Of a stretch of 64,000 bases of DNA, positions 56,871 to 64,000 are shown one piece after another. Made by a program: the position numbers and the translations under genes. The notes below the pieces were generated by a model, which did no database searches, was not told where the DNA came from, and saw only the letters and a program-made list of their open reading frames with translations. Every line of letters starts with the position of its first letter. Positions within the stretch are counted from its first letter, which is position 1. Source of the stretch: the human T2T-CHM13v2.0 reference genome, Homo sapiens; NCBI GenBank assembly GCA_009914755.4, contig CP086569.2:28960001-29024000 (forward strand), read 5' to 3'.

Positions 56871-59800
56871 TTGCATTCTATTCGAGTGATTTCCATTCGA
56901 GTCCTTTCCATTCGATTCCATTCCATTCTATTCCATTCATTTGGATTCCATTCCATTCCGTTCCGTTCACATCAATTCCTTGCGATTCCATTACATTCGA
57001 TTTCTTGCCATTCGATTCCATTCCTTTTGACTCCATTTCATTCGATTCCATTCCATTCCATTAATTTCCATTCCATTCGAGACCTTTCCATTGCAGTCTT
57101 TTCCCTTCGAGTCCATTCCGTTCGATTCCCTTCCATTCGATTCCATTCCATTGGAGTCCGTACCAGTCGAGTCCATTCTATTCCAGTCCATTAGTTTCGA
57201 CTCCATTGCATTCGAGTGCATTCCATTCCGTGGCTGTCCATTCCATTCCGTTTGATGCCATTCCATACGATTCCATTCAATTCGAGACCATTCTATTCCT
57301 GTCCATTCCTTGTGGTTCGATTCCATTTCACTCTACTACATTCCATTCCATTCAATTCCATTCGACTCTATTCCGTTCCATTCAATTCCATTCCATTCGA
57401 TTCCATTTTTGTCGAGAACCTTCCATTACACTCCCTTCCATTCCAGTGCATTCCATTCCAGTCTCTTCAGTTCGATTCCATTCCATTCGTTTCGATTCCT
57501 TTCCATTCCAGCCCATTCCATTCCATTCCCTTCCTTTCCGTTTCATTAGATTCCATTGCATTCGATTCCATTCAATTCAATTCCGTGCTATTCAATTTGA
57601 TTCATTTCCATTTAATTCCTTTCCATTAGATTCCATTCCCTACGATTCCATTCCTTTTGAATCCATTCCATTGGAGTCCATTCACTTCCAGAACATTCCA
57701 TTACAGTCGAATCCATTCGAGGACATTCCATTAAAGTTCATTACATTCTAATACATTCCATTCCATTGCATTCCATTCCATTCCATTCGATGCCGTTCGA
57801 TTTCATTCCATGCCAAATCATTGCATTCCTTTCCATTCCGTTCCTATCAATTCCATTCCATTCGATTTAGTTCGATTCTATTCACTTCCATTCCATTCGA
57901 TTCCATTCCATTGGAGTCAATTCCTTTTGACACCCAGCCTTTCCAGTCAGTGTTTTTGGAGTCCATTTTTTTGCATTCCATTACATTCTATGACATTCGA
58001 TTCCGTTTCATTGCATTCCATTCCATACATTTTTATTCCATTCGAGACCGTAGCATTCTGCTTTATTCCAGGCCTGTCCATTACACTACATTCCCTTCCA
58101 TTCCAATGAATTCCATTGCATTCCAATCCATTCCTTTCCTTTCGCTTGCATTCCATTCTATTCTCTTCTACTGCATACAATTTCACTCCATTCGTTCCCA
58201 TTCCATTCAATTCCATTCCATTCAATTCCATTCCATTTGTTTCCATTCTCTTCGATTCCATTTTTTTATATTCCATGCCATTCGATTCCATTCTATTGGA
58301 TTGCATTACATTCGTGTTCATTCCATTCCAGACCATTCCATTTGACTCCATTCCTTTCGAGCCCTTTCAATTTGAGTCCATTCCTTTCCAGTCCATTTCA
58401 CTCCAGTCCATTACAATCCATTCCATACCATTCCATCCCATTCCATTCCATTCCATTCCATTCCATTCCATTCCACTCCATTCCATTCCATTCCATTGCA
58501 TTCCATTCCATTCCATTATATTGCACTGCACTCCATTCCATTACATTCTACTCTATCTGAGTCGATTTTATTGCATTAGATTCTATTCCTTTGGATTACT
58601 TTCCATTCAATTACATTCCATTCATGTACATTCCATTCCAGTCAATTACATTCGAGATCATTACATTACATTCCAGTATATTCCATTGTATTCGATCCCA
58701 TTCCTTTCAATTCCATTTCATTCGACTCCATTATATTCGATTCCATTCCACTCGAATCCATTCCATTAGAGGACATTCCATTCCAATGCATTCCATTCCA
58801 TTCCATAGCATTCCATTGCATTCGATTCCATTCCATTTGATGCCATTCCATGACATTCCATTCCATTCGAGTCCATTCCGTTCCAATTCATTCCATTCCG
58901 TTTCATGAAATTCGAGTCCTTTCCAGTACATTTCATTCCAATCCCATCCAATCCAATCTACTCCATTCAATTCCTTTCCATTCCATTTGATTTGATTCCA
59001 TTGATTTGATTCCATTCAGTTTGAGTCCATTCCGTGAAATTTCGTTCCATTCTATTCCATTGCATTACTTTCCATTCAATTCCATTCCATTTCATTTCAG
59101 TCCATTCGCTTCCTTTCCTTTCGATTCAATTCCATTTGATTCCACTCCATTCTATGCGATTTCATTCCAATCGATTCAATTCCATTCGATGACATTCCTT
59201 TCGTTTCCATTCCATTCGAGTCCATTCAATTTGAGCATTCGTGTCCATTCTATTCGAGTCCATTCCATTACCGTCTATTCTATTCCCTTCCATTCCTGTT
59301 GATTCAATTTCATTCCCTTCCATTCGATTCCTTTCCATTCGATTCCATTCCTTTCCATTCCATTCCATTCGTTCCCATTCCATGTGATTTCATTCCATTC
59401 CAGTCCATTATATTCGAGTCCACTCCACTCCATTCTATTACATTCAATTCCTTTTGAGTCCGTTCCATAAAACTCCATTCATTTCTATCCCATTTCTTGC
59501 CAGTTTTCTTCCATTTTATTCCATTCCGTTCGATTCCATTCCGTTCGATTGTATTCCATTCGAATCCTTTCCATTCCATTTCATTCCATTCCTTTCTATT
59601 CCATTCCATTTCATGCGATTTGATTCCATTCTGTTCTATTCCATTCAATTCTTTTTCATTCTATTCGAATCCATTCTATTGCAGTCCTTTCCAATCGAGT
59701 CCATTCCAATCCCTTCCATTCCATTCCATTACAGTCCATTCCAATAGATTCCATTCCTTTGCCTTCCATTCGAATCCATTCCATTCTAGTCCATTCCATT

Positions 59801-60419
59801 TGAGTCAATTCCATTCCATTCCATTCCATTCCTTTCCAATCCATTCGATTCCATTCGATTCAATTCCATTTGATTCTCTTTCATTCTATTTTATTCCATG
59901 CCATTTGATTGCATTGCATTCCATTCCGTTTGATTCCAGTCCATTCAAGAAAGTTCCATTCCAGTCCATTGCTTTCCAGTCCATTCCATTCCACTCTAGT
60001 CTATTCCACTCCATTCCTTTCCATTCCATTCCATACTATTCCATTCCATTCCTTTGCATTCCGTTTCCAATCTATTCGAGTCCATTGCATTCCAGTCCAA
60101 TCCATTCGATTCCATTCCTTTTGATTCCCTGCCAGTCGATTGCATTGCATACTACACCATCCCAAAGGAGTCCATTCCATTCTCTTTCAACACATTCCAT
60201 TGCACTCTGTTCGAGTCCATTCCATTCCAGTCCATTTAATTCAAGGGCATTCCATTCCATTCCATTTCATATTATTCCATTCCATTCAATTCCATTCCAG
60301 ATGATTCCATTCCATCCTATACCATTGCTCTCTGTTCCATTCCATTCCATCTGTCTCCATTCCTTTCGTTTCGATTCCTTTCCATTCCATTCCATTACAT
60401 TTGATCCTATTTTATTAAA
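56871..60419 (+). repeat. HOR unit 18 (3549 bp). Resembles the unit-1 head and middle plus the unit-2 tail.
   Basis: Rare variants are shared with unit 1 over about 57.2-58.9 kb and with unit 2 over about 59.45-60.4 kb. Confidence 0.8.
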
Positions 60420-63400
60420 TTGCATTCTATTCGAGTGATTTCCATTCGAGTCCTTTCCATTCGATTCCATTCCATTCTATTCCATTCCTTTGGATTCCAT
60501 TCCATTCCGTTCCGTTCACATCAATTCCTTGTGATTCCATTACATTCGATTTCTTGCCATTCGATTCCATTCCTTTTGACTCCATTTCATTCGATTCCAT
60601 TCCATTCCATTAATTTCCATTCCATTCGAGACCTTTCCATTGCAGTCTTTTCCCTTCGAGTCCATTCCGTTCGATTCCCTTCCATTCGATTCCATTCCAT
60701 TGGAGTCCGTACCAGTCGAGTCCATTCTATTCCAGTCCATTAGTTTCGACTCCATTGCATTCGAGTGCATTCCATTCCGTGGCTGTCCATTCCATTCCGT
60801 TTGATGCCATTCCATACGATTCCATTCAATTCGAGACCATTCTATTCCTGTCCATTCCTTGTGGTTCGATTCCATTTCACTCTACTCCATTCCATTCCAT
60901 TCAATTCCATTCGACTCTATTCCGTTCCATTCAATTCCATTCCATTCGATTCCATTTTTGTCGAGAACCTTCCATTACACTCCCTTCCATTCCAGTGCAT
61001 TCCATTCCAGTCTCTTCAGTTCGATTCCATTCCATTCGTTTCGATTCCTTTCCATTCCAGCCCATTCCATTCCATTCCTTTCCTTTCCGTTTCATTAGAT
61101 TCCATTGCATTCGATTCCATTCAATTCAATTCCGTGCTATTCAATTAGATTCATTTCCATTTAATTCCATTCCATTAGATTCCATACCGTACGATTCCAT
61201 TCCTTTTGAATCCATTCCATTGGAGTCCATTCACTTCCAGAACATTCCATTACAGTCGAATCCATTCGAGGACATTCCATTAAAGTTCACTACATTCTAA
61301 TACATTCCATTCCATTGCATTCCATTCCATTCCATTTGATGCCGTTCGATTCCATTCCATGCCAAATCATTGCATTCCTTTCCATTCCGTTCCTATCATT
61401 TCCATTCCATTCGATTTAGTTCGATTCTATTCACTTCCATTCCATTCGATTCCATTCCATTGGAGTGAATTCCTTTTGACACCCAGCTTTTCCAGTCAAT
61501 GATTTTGGAGTCTATTTTTTTGCATTCCATTACATTCTATGACATTCGATTCCGTTTCATTGCATTCCATTCCATACATTTTTATTCCATTCGAGACCGT
61601 AGCATTCTGCTTTATTCCAGACCTGTCCATTACACTACCTTCCCTTCCATTCCAATGAATTCCATTGCATTCCAATCCATTCCTTTCCTTTCGCTTGCAT
61701 TCCATTCTATTCTCTTCTACTGCATACAATTTCACTCCATTCGTTCCCATTCCATTCAATTCCATTCCATTCAATTCCATTCCATTTGTTTCCATTCTCT
61801 TCGATTCCATTTCTTTATATTCCATGCCATTCGATTCCATTCTATTGGATTGCATTACATTCGTGTTCATTCCATTCCAGACCATTCCATTTGACTCCAT
61901 TCCTTTCGAGCCCTTTCAATTTGAGTCCATTCCTTTCCAGTCCATTTCACTCCAGTCCATTACTATCCATTCCATACCATTCCATCCCATTCCATTCCAT
62001 TCCATTCCATTCCATTCCATTCCATTGCATTCCTTTCCATTCCATTCCATTGCACTGCACTCCATTCCATTACATTCTACTCTATCTGAGTCGATTTTAT
62101 TGCATTAGATTCTATTCCATTGGATTACTTTCCATTCGATTACATTTCATTCATGTACATTCCATTCCAGTCAATTACATTCGAGTTCATTACGTTACAT
62201 TCCAGTATATTCCATTGTATTCGATCCCATTCCTTTCAATTCCATTTCATTCGACTCCATTATATTCGATTCCATTCCACTCGAATCCATTCCATTAGAG
62301 GACATTCCATTCCATTGCATTCCATTCCATTCCATAGAATTCCATTGCATTCGATTCCATTCCATTTGATGCCATTTCATTTGATGCCATTCCATGACAT
62401 TCCATTCCATTCGAGTCCATTCCGTTCCAATTCATTCCATTCCGTTTCATGAAATTCGAGTCCTTTCCAGTACATTTCATTCCAATCCCATCCAATCCCA
62501 TCTACTCCATTCAATTCCTTTCCATTCCATTTGATTATATTACATTGATTTGATTCCATTCACTTTGATTCCATTCCGTGAAATTTCCTTCCTTTCTCTT
62601 CCATTGCATTACTTTCCATTCAATTCTATTCCATTTCATTTCAGTCCATTCGCTTCCTTTCTTTTCGATTCAATTCCATTTGATTCCACTCCATTCTATG
62701 CGATTTCATTCCAATCGATTCAATTCCATTCGATGACATTCCTTTCGTTTCCATTCCATTCGAGTCCATTCAATTTGAGCATTCGTGTCCATTCTATTCG
62801 AGTCCATTCCATTACCGTCTATTCTATTCCCTTCCATTCCTGTTGATTCAATTTCATTCCCTTCCATTCGATTCCTTTCCATTCGATTCCATTCCTTTCC
62901 ATTCCATTCCATTCGTTCCCATTCCATGTGATTTCATTCCATTCCAGTCCATTATATTCGAGTCCACTCCACTCCATTCTATTACATTCAATTCCTTTTG
63001 AGTCCGTTCCATAACACTCCTTTCATTTCGATTCCATTTCTTGCCAGTTTTCTTCCATTTTATTCCATTCCGTTCGATTCCATTCCATTCGATTGCATTC
63101 CATTCGAATCCTTTCCATTCCATTTCATTCCATTCCTTTCTATTGCATTCCATTTCATGCGATTTGATTCCATTCTGTTCTATTCCATTCAATTCTTTTT
63201 CATTCCATTCGCATCCTTTCTATTGCAGTCCATTCCATTCGAGTCCATTCCAATCCCTTCCATTCCATTCCATTACAGTCCATTCCAATAGATTCCATTC
63301 CTTTGCCTTCCATTCGAATCCATTCCATTCTAGTCCATTCCATTTGAATCAATTCCATTCCATTCCATTCTATTCCTTTCCAATCCATTCGATTATATTC

Positions 63401-63968
63401 GATTCAATTCCATTTGATTCTCTTTCATTCTATTTTATTCCATGACGTTTGATTGCATTGCATTACATTCCGTTTGATTCCAGTCCATTCAAGAAAGTTC
63501 CATTCCAGTCCATTGCTTTCGAGTCCATTCCATTCCACTCTAGTCTATTCCACTCCATTCCTTTCCATTCCATTCCATACTATTCCATTCCGTTCCTTTG
63601 CATTCCATTTCCAATCTATTCGAGTCCATTGCATTCCAGTCCATTCCATTCGATTACATTCCTTTTGATTCCCTGCCAGTCGATTGCATTGCATACTAGA
63701 CCATTCCAAAGGAGTCCATTCCATTCTATCTCAACACTTTCCATTCCACTCTGTTCGAGTCCATTCCATTCCAGTCCATTTAATTCAAGGGCATTCCATT
63801 CCATTCCATTCCATTTCATATTATTCCATTCCATTCAATTCCATTCCAGATGATTCCATTCCATTCTATACCATTGCTCTCTGTTCCATTCCATTCCATC
63901 TGTCTCCATTCCTTTCGTTTCGATTCCTTTCCATTCCATTCCATTACATTTGATCCTATTTTATTAAA
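60420..63968 (+). repeat. HOR unit 19 (3549 bp), sister of unit 3
   Basis: Many shared private variants with unit 3. The HaeIII site is mutated here (ccagAcctg at about 61618-61624). Confidence 0.85.
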
Positions 63969-64000
63969 TTGCATTATATTCGAGTGATTTCCATTCGAGT
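63969..64000 (+). repeat. Partial HOR unit (5' end only)
   Basis: The anchor motif restarts at about 63961 (ttattaaattgcattatattcgagtgatttcc). Confidence 0.7.

Larger units (their letters stand above)
1..64000. repeat. HSat3-type (CATTC/GGAAT)n pentameric satellite array organised as an HOR of about 3.55 kb. Most consistent with the human Y-chromosome DYZ1 (Yq12) family.
   Basis: Seen in sequence: the + strand is almost entirely ttcca/attcc pentamers with G by far its rarest base. The anchor motif recurs with a period of about 3528-3569 bp. GGCC occurs about once per unit. Established knowledge: DYZ1 is a 3.56-kb HaeIII unit made of TTCCA pentamers. The DYZ1 assignment is an inference; no alignment was possible. 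Confidence 0.9.

Noticed and set aside
1-64000. CRISPR array or other prokaryotic repeat system
   Set aside because: The tandem structure is a 5-bp satellite with a 3.55-kb higher-order period. There is no repeat-spacer architecture and no cas-like ORFs. The composition and organisation are typical primate heterochromatin.
1-64000. Alpha satellite, centromeric HOR or CENP-B boxes
   Set aside because: There is no 171-bp monomer periodicity and no CENP-B box-like motif. The monomer is a pentamer.
1-64000. Classification as HSat2 rather than HSat3
   Set aside because: CATTCGATTCC-type diverged decamers are frequent. Long runs of pure (ATTCC)n and a 3.56-kb HaeIII HOR fit HSat3/DYZ1 better. The boundary between the two families is fuzzy and I could not run a classifier.
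1-64000. Heat-shock-factor binding (HSE) arrays, as described for 9q12 HSat3 stress-induced transcription
   Set aside because: The (GGAAT)n strand supplies only direct nGAAn repeats. I could not identify convincing inverted GAAnnTTC triplet arrays by eye, so no regulatory feature is claimed.

Overview
The whole 64-kb window is eukaryotic (hominoid) pentameric satellite DNA. The + strand reads as the (TTCCA/ATTCC/CATTC)n strand; the complement is (GGAAT)n, which is the HSat3 family signature. The pentamers are organised into a tandem higher-order repeat (HOR) of about 3.55 kb. I mapped about 18 full or variant units plus two partial ones, using a conserved AT-rich, non-pentameric anchor (ttattaaattgcattctattcgagtgatttccattcgagtcc) that recurs once per unit. 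Each unit also carries a second diverged island at unit offset about 1050-1215. That island contains the only regular HaeIII (GGCC) site, so HaeIII digestion would give a ladder of about 3.56 kb. From memory, this matches the human Y-chromosome Yq12 DYZ1 repeat (3.56-kb HaeIII unit built of TTCCA pentamers). I cannot confirm that without an alignment. I find no protein-coding genes, no RNA genes, no transposon insertions and no prokaryotic-style system. The hundreds of ORFs in the track are artefacts of a pentamer that has no stop codon in any of the six frames, which is why they translate to (HSIPF)n or (MEWNG)n. The interesting signal is structural and evolutionary. First, a near-identical tandem block of about 7.5 kb (about 2.1 periods) points to a very recent unit duplication. 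Second, an A-B-A-B super-repeat of about 7.1 kb runs from 30.6 to 45.7 kb. Third, a 2.25-kb deletion-variant unit occurs twice, 44.6 kb apart, with the same junction. Fourth, other units carry private deletions of about 220 bp and about 0.8 kb, plus small indels in pentamer multiples. Fifth, diagnostic variants are shared between the first about 9.5 kb and the last about 7 kb of the window, which suggests array periodicity of about 55 kb or more, and some units look chimeric as expected from unequal exchange.
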